A stretch of 63,955 nt of DNA, the filler included, from Stramenopiles sp. TOSAG23-2 (Eukaryota): NCBI GenBank assembly GCA_900128395.1. It is 3 parts of 3 records of this genome, joined end to end, with 100 filler letters (N's around TTAATTAATTAA, not from the genome) between each part and the next. Parts side by side here need not be neighbours in the genome. Positions count along the whole stretch, not along the records: positions 21,484 to 42,829 come from LT649538.1; 2 more parts are not named here. One strand, given 5' to 3'. A program made the translations under genes and the position numbers. This document shows positions 22,417-32,818 of this stretch, piece after piece (the stretch's first letter is position 1; each line of letters starts with the position of its first letter). The notes below the pieces were generated by a model. The model was not told the origin of the DNA, made no database searches, and was given only the letters and a program-made list of their open reading frames with translations.

Positions 22417-23505
22417 TTATATAAAAAAATCAGCCACGGTATCCCCATCGTCAAGTGAAAAATTATAATCTTCACCTACTGGTAAAGGTGATAATTTTAC
22501 TAAATGCCCACTTGGAATAAAATCGTTGCTTGGAGAAAATTCAATGGTATTTATGTTGCCTCCTTTTTTTTGTCCATACATTGGTGATGGAAATGATATG
22601 GCCATATCATTATTTTTTTTGCTTGTTGTTTTCAGACGACTTTTACTATTATTATTACTATTACTATTTTTGGTACCACCACTACTATTGTTTTTTTTAT
22701 TATCGTTCGTATCACCTTGATCAGCATTAAACCCTTGTTGGTTTTGTGAATTATCCGTATTTACTAAAAACACATCAATGGCACCTTGTGGACTCTTCAG
22801 AAATATTTGGTACACTCTTTTTCCAGCTTCTAAACTATTATCATATGGATCTGGTACCTCTAATGTTGTACCCATTGGAGCTCTAATAGCTAATACTCGT
22901 TCATTTTTAAAACTTGGTAGGGATTGAAGATCTTGCGATGTGGCATAAGCAAGCTTGCTATAAGCTGGATTCTCCGCTGCTTGATTTAATTCTTTTGCAA
23001 CTTTCAAAATATTATCATCAACTTCCTTCTCTTCGTCTTTCATTGCTTGTATTTTGACTCTTAATTCTTGCAATTGTTGCGCTTTTTCTGGTGTTACTTT
23101 TGTTCCTCCGCCTTTCCACATAATAGTATTTTTGGATTTTTTTTCCAATAAACCAATACCTTCTAAAACATTTGTTATGTCATATATTCTTCTTTTCTGT
23201 ACATCAAGTTCTGCCGCGGTGGCATTCAAATCCAACGATCCGTCTGTTGCACTTCTTAATAGTTTGAGAAACTTTCTAGTCAATAGTCCCAATGAGCTAT
23301 CGTAACGTGAACCTGTACCTCTTTTCTTCCTACCTGTAGTAGCTGGTGATTGGTTGGAAATTCGTTTTCTTTTCGAGCTTGCGTTAGGTGTGACTTTCTT
23401 CGTTGGTGTTGGGTTTGATTTTACATTTTTTTTAGCAGACGCTTTTTTCATCGAAGCAGCTGTTCTCCTCTTTTGCGCCGGTGTTTGTTGTAACGTTTTC
23501 TGCAT
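22417..23505 (-). CDS. E2F: E2F transcription factor
   Basis: RYDSSLGLLTRKF, KRRIYDITNVLEGIGL, coiled coil and marked box (AIRAPMGTTLEVPDP), C-terminal Rb-binding-like DYNFSL...DFF. Confidence 0.95.
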   Translation of the reverse strand: MQKTLQQTPAQKRRTAASMKKASAKKNVKSNPTPTKKVTPNASSKRKRISNQSPATTGRKKRGTGSRYDSSLGLLTRKFLKLLRSATDGSLDLNATAAELDVQKRRIYDITNVLEGIGLLEKKSKNTIMWKGGGTKVTPEKAQQLQELRVKIQAMKDEEKEVDDNILKVAKELNQAAENPAYSKLAYATSQDLQSLPSFKNERVLAIRAPMGTTLEVPDPYDNSLEAGKRVYQIFLKSPQGAIDVFLVNTDNSQNQQGFNADQGDTNDNKKNNSSGGTKNSNSNNNSKSRLKTTSKKNNDMAISFPSPMYGQKKGGNINTIEFSPSNDFIPSGHLVKLSPLPVGEDYNFSLDDGDTVADFFI

Positions 23506-24293
23506 GTGTGTATGTATATATATTTATTGATGATTTGTAACTTTTTATTTATATGATGTATATATATACTTATCTAATATTTAAAAAAATGAGGGGACTA
23601 AATATAGAGAGTGACCTAAGTGTACAAATTGGTTAAGATGTGTGGGTAGTATCTTATATATCAAGAGTGACAAAAATTCAAAAATGTATATCCTTCCAAA
23701 ACACTGTTGTTATATAATTACAATGGTTCGATAATAATAATTATTCAATTGATCTGTATATATTATGTTGCCAGAGTATCCTGTCTTGTTCTATTACTAC
23801 TGTATCATGTACATACAGTATTGTTTCTATATTTTTACACGTAAATGTTGCAAATGCACAAAATATTATCATCTGGTATCTTTTATTATTATTTTGGATC
23901 GTGGGTAGCCAGATATTGTAGCTCTAATACCAGAATACCATTGTGATACATTATTCTACCAGGCGTAGATATGCAGGTAGTATTTTGTGTATCTCGGTAT
24001 CTCTGGATTGCGAAATTGAATGGCTTTCCAATGCTAGCACCTGGTGGTATTTGAGGGGCCAAGTTTATTTTATACCGTCCACAATGCTGTCTAATGTCGT
24101 CGACAATAGTATCTTTTTATTAAGTATTGATATCGGATACGCCCTAATTATAACTACATGACTACATGGCCTACGCAAATTAAAATTTGATGACCGTACT
24201 CACAAATTCCGTATATCGGGTGTGATGTTTTAAAAAAGCTTATTGTTGTTCGGCAATTCTTCGAACAAAAGCACAAATATATAGTCGTCTATT

Positions 24294-24401
24294 ACTCCGG
24301 GTTTCTCTGGACACCAGAGGCATTTCCTGGTCCAAATCTACGTTTTCCGTTCTCTGGACACCATTTCCTGGTCCAAATCTACGTTTTCCTAACTCCGGGT
24401 A
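24294..24401. repeat. Short direct duplication in a promoter region
   Basis: TCTCTGGACACC..ATTTCCTGGTCCAAATCTACGTTTTCC occurs twice, bracketed by ACTCCGGGT. Confidence 0.85.
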
Positions 24402-24440
24402 TCTGAGCACACAAAGTAACCATATATAATAACAAACAAG

Positions 24441-26444
24441 ATGAAATCTATCATACGTACAACGGTATCATTAGGAATTGTATCGTCATTATCCTATGTA
24501 ACCTATGATATTAATAATAAAATATGGTCTGAATCACATACAGCATATACAGCAACATATCAATATTTTTTACATATTTTCATGAGTTCATTAGGTAAAC
24601 ATGCACGTGAAAGGTTTGATAAGCAATCAACTGAATTTAATAAAATTCAAGAAGAAACATTATTTCAATTACTAGATAAGCACAAAGAGACAGCATTAGG
24701 GAGGGATTTACAATATAAAACTATTAAAACTTTAGATGACTTTAGAGAAAAAGTACCATTGACTGATTACAATTTTTATAAAGATAAATATATAAAAAGA
24801 ATTGTAATGGGTGAAGAAAATATTATGACAAAGGACAAAGTTGATTTATTAGGAGCAACATCGGGTACATCGGGATTCAAATCGTTGATACCACATACAT
24901 CTATGATATCAAAAACATTTTTTTTACATGGTATTACAATCGTTTTTGACGGATTATTTTCAAAAGCATTTCCACAGGCAAATCAATTACAAAAAACATG
25001 TAAGCTAACTTTTCAACCAAGATGGACATATACTAATAGTATCCAAAATAATAATAATACGCAAGAAGAAGGTATTGAAAAACAAAATATTATAAAAATT
25101 GGGCCTGCATCTTCCTCCCCAGACGATAAAGGATTTTCACGTTTATTACCATTATATTCTTCCCCTAAGGAAGCATTTCAAATAAAAAATGAAAAAGCTG
25201 CATTTTATTGCCACCTGTTATTTGCATTAAATGATAAAAACTTAGGCATTATTGAAGCAAATTTTTCATCCATAGTATTAACATTTTTCAATATGCTTGA
25301 AGATAATTCAAATCATTTGATTGAAGATATAAAAAATGGTACATTGAATGGTGCATTACAATTTGGTATGGATGAGGAAGAGGTAGTAAATTTGAAAAAA
25401 TATTTAAAACCAAATCCAGCAAGGGCTTTGCAACTAAAAAATATTTTTATCAAACGTAATTACTCAAATAATAACGTTGAGCCTGAAAATCATAATACTA
25501 CACCAGCTATGAGCCTTGTTCGTCAGATATGGCCTCATTTAAATTGTATATTAACTGTTACAACAGGCGCATTTCGTCCATATGCAGATACTTTGAATTT
25601 GAAGTATGTTATGGATTCCGTGCCATTTTTTTCACCATTGTATGCAGCAACAGAAGGTTTAATTGGTGTAAATATATCACCTGAAGATAATCAAGATGCT
25701 ACATACGCATTGCTCCCCCAAGCACTATTTTATGAATTTTTAGAAATTGCTAATAATAATTTTACCATTAGTTCCGATAATAATAATATTAATAAGAAAA
25801 GAAAAACATTATTATCAAATCAACTTGAAATTGGGAGAAAATATGAACTTGTAATAACAAATCTGGCTGGTTTAGTGCGATATCGATTTGGCGATGTGGT
25901 AAAATTAGAAAGATTTGAAAATGAAACACCAATTGTCTCTTTTCAATATCGTCAAGGTCAAGTAATGAATGTGCGTGGTGAAAAAATGAATGAGAATATT
26001 TTGACAAAGGCGATAAAAGATGCAAGTTCAGATATTGGTTTATCATCAATGGTAGATTTTTGTGCATCTGAAGATTTACTAGCAGTCAATAATACAAACT
26101 CAAATAAATCAAGGTATCATATATTTATTGAGATTGATTCAATTATTGAAAACGATATTCAAGAAGGACATGAATTGAACCATAAATACGATTGTTATTT
26201 ACAGAAATATTCTGAAGTTTATAAATCGTATAGGAAGAAAGAAGCAATTGAAATGCCAATTGTGCATATTCTCCAAAAAGGTGCCTTCGAAGCTTTACGT
26301 TCTTATATTTTGAAAGAAAATTCCACTGGTTCAATAACACAATTGAAGATACCAAGAGTTTTAAAAGTGAGAAAATTTGTCCAATTTTTATTAGAGAGAA
26401 AACTAGGTAAAAAAAATATTTTTATAAAAAAAAGCAAAAATTGA
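24441..26444 (+). CDS. GH3-domain protein (GHDC-like acyl-adenylate enzyme)
   Basis: FREKVPLTDY, ATSGTSG, YAATEG, LVITNLAGLVRYRFGD, QLKIPRV. Confidence 0.9.
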   Translation: MKSIIRTTVSLGIVSSLSYVTYDINNKIWSESHTAYTATYQYFLHIFMSSLGKHARERFDKQSTEFNKIQEETLFQLLDKHKETALGRDLQYKTIKTLDDFREKVPLTDYNFYKDKYIKRIVMGEENIMTKDKVDLLGATSGTSGFKSLIPHTSMISKTFFLHGITIVFDGLFSKAFPQANQLQKTCKLTFQPRWTYTNSIQNNNNTQEEGIEKQNIIKIGPASSSPDDKGFSRLLPLYSSPKEAFQIKNEKAAFYCHLLFALNDKNLGIIEANFSSIVLTFFNMLEDNSNHLIEDIKNGTLNGALQFGMDEEEVVNLKKYLKPNPARALQLKNIFIKRNYSNNNVEPENHNTTPAMSLVRQIWPHLNCILTVTTGAFRPYADTLNLKYVMDSVPFFSPLYAATEGLIGVNISPEDNQDATYALLPQALFYEFLEIANNNFTISSDNNNINKKRKTLLSNQLEIGRKYELVITNLAGLVRYRFGDVVKLERFENETPIVSFQYRQGQVMNVRGEKMNENILTKAIKDASSDIGLSSMVDFCASEDLLAVNNTNSNKSRYHIFIEIDSIIENDIQEGHELNHKYDCYLQKYSEVYKSYRKKEAIEMPIVHILQKGAFEALRSYILKENSTGSITQLKIPRVLKVRKFVQFLLERKLGKKNIFIKKSKN

Positions 26445-26487
26445 GAGGATGAAAACAATTTCAATAAAAATATATACGATCGTATAT

Positions 26488-26910
26488 AAAATGTTCTCTT
26501 ACTCATATATATTTTTACGATTCGTATATCATACTCGTACGAGTATATATAATATATATATGATGGTTTAATATCTTTTTTTTTTTGATCGATGGTTAAA
26601 ATCTAAGTTACGAATATATAATATTTATGCATATACATGCATATAAAAATGTCAAAATATAATTTTTACTTCCCGTATTCGTAAATAATATGCATATATG
26701 CTCAAGATACTCAATCTCAAGAATAATATTCTATATCCTAATAGTAAAGCTCTAATGCACGTCTGCAAACTAATACTCTACAAGCATGAGTAGGTTTCTA
26801 TCCTTCCCTGCGTTCTCCTATCCTAGATCCTACTAATAGTGAAGCTCTAAATGCACGTCTGCAAAGTAATACTTCGTACGAGCACGAGTAGGTTTCTGTC
26901 CTTCCATGCA
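26488..26910 (+). repeat. Convergent-spacer dispersed element, longest copy, with an internal ~97-bp tandem duplication
   Basis: GATGGTTAAAATCTAAGTTA...CAAGAATAATATTCTAT... then two copies of AAGCTCTAA(A)TGCACGTCTGCAAA.TAATACT...GAGTAGGTTTCT.TCCTTCC. Confidence 0.9.
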
Positions 26911-27238
26911 CACTCGTTGAACGCGCTGGACGTCGGGTTCATTCAAAAGCGGTGAGGTTGTCGAAGTGAAAAGATCCTGTGCGGTGAACAACAACCGGTA
27001 ACTATCCAGATAAAGCTCTCGAAGTGCACGATTGTGGCAAAAGTTTAATACTTTCATAAATTATTTTTTTATTAAATAAAATAAAAAATGTGCTTTACAT
27101 ATTAATATATTATATATATCCATATATATATATATATTTATTTACACACATTACGTCGACTGTTCTAATCGTATTTGTGTGTATGTGTAGTTATCACCGA
27201 ATAAATTGCAATACTTCTCCGTAAAAAAGGTACCTTTT

Positions 27239-28840
27239 TTATGTCCATGGATAAAAAGTACTAAATAAAACACAACCCAAGGTAAAATATAACCAGCTGT
27301 AGTTTAAATAATAATCTACAAACAATCTATTTCCTAAGAATCCATCTCGACCTTTCTTCTTAATCAAATTGCACGCAAGAAACCAATAGATGGATGGACA
27401 GGAAGCAAATAGTAAACGCGTACTTATCTGTACATGTGCCATCACCACAATTAAACTTGTCAAACCAAACAAATGCCAAACATATGGTGCAACTCTATGC
27501 GATAAATAACCTACAAATGGTAAGTCTAAATTACGGCCAATATTTACTACATGATTTAAACCAAGGCTAGATGTAATTTGATCCAACATGCTGCTGCTGC
27601 TAGTACTACTACTACTACTACTATTGCTTATATCATGTCCATTACGAATTACAGGAATTGAACCAATCGAATATTTACTTTGATGTCTTGTATCTCGTAA
27701 ATATAGATAAAAAGAAGAATAACTGAGAAAAAGCACAGGAAACGCAAGAAGGAAATTTGGTATTTGATTAACTGTCCAATATCCAAATATAACACCGCTA
27801 CCCCAATATCGCTCTTGAACATGTTTATATACATTCGAATTTTTACACCATTTTGGTTCATTGTTTTCATTATTAACACAATATAATTTATATCCATAAT
27901 GTTGAACTATAAAGTACGGCGAGACGGCACATATACTTGTTAATATGTTTTTCAACAAATAAACACTTTTATATACTTTCAAAGTATTGCCATGATTATC
28001 ATCATTATTATCAAATCGTATTTTTAAAATATGGACTAACACAAGTGGCCAAATGATATCTTTAAATACAAAGTATACCGGATACATGGCTAATAATAAA
28101 CCATTGGAACGTGTTGCACATGCACATGCAAACATGATCATTGCAAAAATTGACTGAAGAATATATTGAATGGTTGAAATCTTAATACTACTACTATTAT
28201 AATCATTTAGAGATGTACGTTCAAAATATAACATTCCATAAAAGGATAAACATGCATACAAACTACCAGTATAAATTGCAGACATGAAAATACTAGCAGG
28301 ATTGAAACAAAAGAGTAGTGATGAAATATATGCTAATCGTTCATTTTTCAATACGATTATTGATAGATCATATAATGCAATGGCAGCTAATATAAATGAT
28401 ACATTAGTAACAAAAACACCTGCAATTAAATATGATGTTTCAATCGACATAATACTACTACTATTATCACTGCTTGAAAAATATGAAAGGCCAGAACAAT
28501 ATCGAAAAACATTTATAAGAATTGGGAGAAAAGGTTGAAATGCATGATTTTTTTCATACTCATACCCAACTTGGGAAATCCTTAAGAAATAGGCAGCATC
28601 CCATCTGCTATATTGACCGAAAACGGACCAAGCTACAGCATCAAGAGTTGACTTATTGGTCGTACTTTTTGTCACTCCACTTGTTGTTGTAGGTATAACT
28701 GATATTGTCGAGGACGTATCATAACATGGTATGATCAATATTGCAATTGTAGATATGCACCATACTATAAATCGACTTAATATGGCATAGCGTAATACTT
28801 GATATTTACGATGTCCTGGCTTTAAATTTCCAATTGCCAT
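27239..28840 (-). CDS. PIGV: GPI mannosyltransferase II (PIG-V/GPI18)
   Basis: RWDAAYFL, AFQPFLP, FCFNPASIFMSAIYT, QERYW..YW..QIPNFLLAFP, HVQISTR, C-terminal FYPWT. Confidence 0.93.
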   Translation of the reverse strand: MAIGNLKPGHRKYQVLRYAILSRFIVWCISTIAILIIPCYDTSSTISVIPTTTSGVTKSTTNKSTLDAVAWSVFGQYSRWDAAYFLRISQVGYEYEKNHAFQPFLPILINVFRYCSGLSYFSSSDNSSSIMSIETSYLIAGVFVTNVSFILAAIALYDLSIIVLKNERLAYISSLLFCFNPASIFMSAIYTGSLYACLSFYGMLYFERTSLNDYNSSSIKISTIQYILQSIFAMIMFACACATRSNGLLLAMYPVYFVFKDIIWPLVLVHILKIRFDNNDDNHGNTLKVYKSVYLLKNILTSICAVSPYFIVQHYGYKLYCVNNENNEPKWCKNSNVYKHVQERYWGSGVIFGYWTVNQIPNFLLAFPVLFLSYSSFYLYLRDTRHQSKYSIGSIPVIRNGHDISNSSSSSSTSSSSMLDQITSSLGLNHVVNIGRNLDLPFVGYLSHRVAPYVWHLFGLTSLIVVMAHVQISTRLLFASCPSIYWFLACNLIKKKGRDGFLGNRLFVDYYLNYSWLYFTLGCVLFSTFYPWT

Positions 28841-29241
28841 GGTTATTATTATTTAACAACTTGCTCTAAAAATATGAAAGTTCTTGATATTGTTCTGTTC
28901 TGTTCTGATCGATATCTGTCTACGTAAATGATATTATATTGTATAAATCTATATTCATTCGATTGATATATATATTTGTATCGTAATGCTATTGGGATGC
29001 TATTGCAAAACTCAATCCTATTTACATACTAATCTGGTAAAAAACATTTCATGAAGTGATTTGTGGGGTAGCTAATGCTATCTCCTTGTAATATAATAAT
29101 AACCTACTTGGTACACTAATAAAATTACATAAAGAAGAGTTTGCATTCAAACTGAATCGTTAATGTTGTTTTTCTTCCTAGTCCATGCAAATTCATGTAC
29201 TCTTCAAAATATGATTGTACATATATATTCAAATACACAGT

Positions 29242-30161
29242 CTAAGTATGGTTTCTTGCTCTTTCCGACACAACATTTTTTAATTTGTCACACTCAACAG
29301 TAAAGAAGGAATACAAATCCGGACCATTGAAATTCATTAAGGCATGTAACATGATGAAAGCTTTGGACAAGCATATTTGGTACATTTGTAAAGTTTTGTT
29401 GTTTTTCCTTTTTATCAATAAAGGTATGAGGACATCTTTAAAATAGTCTCCAAACTGTGCAACAGCAGTGGTCGAAGCAAATTTTAATTTTTCGACGATT
29501 ACCAATGGTGATAAAAAGTCCCCTTTGACGTCCATGAATTTTGCATGTTGGAGTACCGGATGACAACACGCACGATGTTCTGTTTTCAATTTTGGTGGTA
29601 TTGGTGCAGTATCACCTAGGAATATAAATCTGTGTTGATTTTTCGGGGTATTGTGGACATAATGATTTTAAAGACTAAGCATGTTGTTATGTGTATTAAG
29701 TCTGCATCAATAGTGTTACCTGTAAATAAGAATTTATCCATTCCCCACTCTATCAACTTTGCTTTCAATAATATCGAATAGCGTTCAGATGGAGCTTTTT
29801 CAATATATCGGATTATACCGGTTTGATCATAAAGGTCTGTCAATTTTTTGATGACAATTTGGCCTTTGAAGATCATGATCGGTAACATGCCATATTCACT
29901 GATGATTTTTGACAACTCATTTTCGTAATGGTGATATTCATTAGAGGTTGTGAATTTGACATGGCAGGATTGGAACTGTTGCAACTGTTTTCGGACCTCT
30001 GATTTGTGTTGATGCAAAAATTTTTGTTGAGCAACAACTGGTGCAGAAGGTGAAGGTGAAACAGGCCTTGGTGATTCAATGGACCATACATATGGTGCAT
30101 TACGCAAAAACCATTCCAGGAAATGATTGTATTTGGTAATAATTTTATTGCATGTATACAC
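29242..30161 (-). pseudogene. Frameshifted hypothetical gene remnant
   Basis: ORFs 29616-30161 and 29242-29589 join by a single frameshift near 29630 (…FLGDTAPIPPKLKTEHR…); no recognised family. Confidence 0.4.
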
Positions 30162-30409
30162 ATTAAAGTTCCAGCTTTATTGCCCTTCCAATATGATGCT
30201 GTTGAGATGCAGTGTAGTCATTCAAATTTTTGCTTTTCTCTCTGTTAGTCACTATTTTTTTTTTAAATATGGTTTCTTGCTCTTTGCAACACCCTTCCAA
30301 TACAATGCTATAATAGCTATTGTCCTTTAGCTGTATTGTCCTTTACACTACTTCTTTCTGTACTACTTGAGTTGTTATTGTTCATTGTTTTTTGTTGTTG
30401 ATCTTTTGT

Positions 30410-31024
30410 GTCCAGTATCAATAAAATATGACCATATATGTGCCTTGTTATCACCATGGATATACATTACCGTAATTGGACCATTAGCAGAATTACTAGA
30501 ATGTGAGAAAACAAAAATGGGATATTGTCTAAGCAATATAAATACTAAATTCATAGGCAAACTAGGTGATTGTTTTAAAAATCTAATTGAAAATAACCAA
30601 GTAGATATTAACAATCTATTTTTTGCAGATGATGAAAAAATTATTGCAAGAAGTAAACACGAAATGCAATTAATCCTTAATCATATATGTTGGTTTTATA
30701 AATTTTTATTTGTAGCACTCCATCCAGATAAGTTTGAAATATTAACAAATTTTTGGAATGGACAGGTTAAAATAAAAGGTGTAATATACAAAGCTATTAT
30801 TTTCAACAAAGAAATTTATTGACCTATTGAAGAAGAAAGGATTTGTTATCTTGTCATTGGAACAGTTATCATGGTATCTCAGTATTGAAATCATTATCGA
30901 TTGTACAAAGAAAACTGTGAAAGTTTTACAAACCTTATACATTGAAGAGCTGATTAAATTCATGGGCTTGGAAGGTGCACATGGGGTAGATACTACCATG
31001 AATAACACTCTTTTTACTCTCTAA
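30410..31024 (+). mobile_element. Decayed non-LTR (LINE-type) reverse transcriptase fragment
   Basis: LLSPWIY..VIGPLAELL (RT domain 4-like), LFFADD at 30616-30633, EMQLIL...ALHPDKFEIL (domain 6-like), then after a frameshift WYLSIEI (YLG-like, domain 7). Confidence 0.8.
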
Positions 31025-31404
31025 ATTATGTGATATACATGTATACTCTTTTTATGCCTACATTCTATGTTCTATTTAAAGATAATCCCTGATATTACAA
31101 TAGCATAGACATAGCATTATGTGATTTGGAATAGCATCGGGGAGAAAATATTCTCCTGATCAACTAAAACGACTTGACAGAAGCAACAGAACACAGAGCA
31201 AAACCCAGCAGCAGAGTAATCATCTGGTGATATAATATATGTGTGACGCGTATCCTATAGTAATAACATTAATAGAGATAGAAAGATATTACAAAAGTTA
31301 GATACTGTAGATATATACATTGGTAATTATCACTAGATATATAAACAAACATTACAATCAATAAATAAGTACTTATTATATAATATATTATACATTATTA
31401 TACC

Positions 31405-32298
31405 ATGGCATCTTTTTTAAAGAAAAAAAAACAATCTGCATCCTTAGCAGCAAAATTTGATGCCGCGGTAGCGACGGATACGGACGCACAATGCGAGTTA
31501 TTTATGAAAAGTTTTATATTTACTCTAGGTGATGAATGGAAAACGGTAGTTGAATTATCCAAGTCATTTGCAAATTTTGTCGCATCAGCAGGTAGTGACA
31601 ATGACTGCTCTTGTATCCAAGCAGCGCATTTTCTACAGAAAAATGGTAAAACACGTACAGGCATACAACGTAAGCAAGAGTTAAAAGATGTTGATTTAAA
31701 TTCTGACAATCGTATTTGTTTTTTAGAATATTTATTATTGCATTACAAGGCTATGATATTAAGAGCACATTATGAACGCACTGAAAAGACATGCCCATTT
31801 GATTTATCTGGTGATGGCGTTGGTGTCGTTGGTTGTGGACCACAGTTACTAGAGGAATTATTCACCTTTCCTGGTGGTTTACCAGCTGACTTGCAACGAG
31901 CATTAGATGAATTTTTTGCTACTAAAAGGGCAAAAGCAGCAAAACTTAAAAAGTTAGCAAAAAAAGCTTTGTTGCCAGGTGTTAAAGGATTGACTGCTAA
32001 AAATGAAATTGCACAAATAAATGCGCAAGGAGTAACGGAAATGAATCGTCTTGAAATTACATTAAATGCTGCTAAACGTAGAGCAATGCGTAAAGGTGGT
32101 GGTGGTAACGCAGCTGATGTATTAGCTGCAAAACAGAAAAAAGAGAAAGCAGCTGCTGCAAAAGCAAGGAAAGATGCACGTGCAAAGTTAAAGGCTAGAG
32201 CAGCAATGTTTGACACATCATCTAAAGAAGGTAGTAATGTCAGACGTATTCCATCGTTTTTAAAAAAAAGTCGTTTACGAGCAAGTAAAAAAGAATAA
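31405..32298 (+). CDS. EF-hand protein, Ca2+-regulated actin-bundling (ABP34-like) family
   Basis: EF loop DLNSDNRICFLEYLL; C-terminal GVKGLTAKNEIAQI...NRLEITLNAAKR followed by a coiled coil. Confidence 0.7.
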   Translation: MASFLKKKKQSASLAAKFDAAVATDTDAQCELFMKSFIFTLGDEWKTVVELSKSFANFVASAGSDNDCSCIQAAHFLQKNGKTRTGIQRKQELKDVDLNSDNRICFLEYLLLHYKAMILRAHYERTEKTCPFDLSGDGVGVVGCGPQLLEELFTFPGGLPADLQRALDEFFATKRAKAAKLKKLAKKALLPGVKGLTAKNEIAQINAQGVTEMNRLEITLNAAKRRAMRKGGGGNAADVLAAKQKKEKAAAAKARKDARAKLKARAAMFDTSSKEGSNVRRIPSFLKKSRLRASKKE

Positions 32299-32399
32299 TA
32301 AGAGGTGGAATATATATATAATATGTGTGTATAATACAAATTCGTATATATATGAGTGTAGCGCTTGAGGTGGGGCATGAGAGTTTTATTATTTTAATA

Positions 32400-32480
32400 G
32401 GATTTTAACTCCATTTCTTGGATCGAGTAAAAATGGATATTATTGCCTCAGTGTTATTGTATTCTTTTTGAAGAGTATGA
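32400..32480 (-). repeat. Convergent-spacer dispersed element
   Basis: GATTTTAACTCCAT...GATATTATTGCCTCAGTGTTATTGTATTCTTTTTGAAGAGTA. Confidence 0.75.
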
Positions 32481-32818
32481 GTCGTAAGAATTACGTAATG
32501 ATATCAAAAAATGAGTGTATGTGGTGTGATAAATTAAAATAATACGTGTGTATGATAATAATGAAACTTCATGCGTAAACTAAAAATTAATATATATCAT
32601 ATCGGTAACACCACAGGATTCGTACGTACCTAATATCATATTCTACGAATATCATAATATCATACTATGACATATATGTCTGACTCTATCTCTCTATAAT
32701 TCATTATATCATACCGTATTTTATATCATTATAACATTCACACATATATGCATTAATAATATATTAATATATATATATATATATACATCATATATATACG
32801 AGTATAATACGTATGTTT

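Noticed and set aside
31770-32378. 202-aa antisense ORF and many other short antisense ORFs in the track
   Set aside because: They overlap well-supported genes on the opposite strand and show no motifs.
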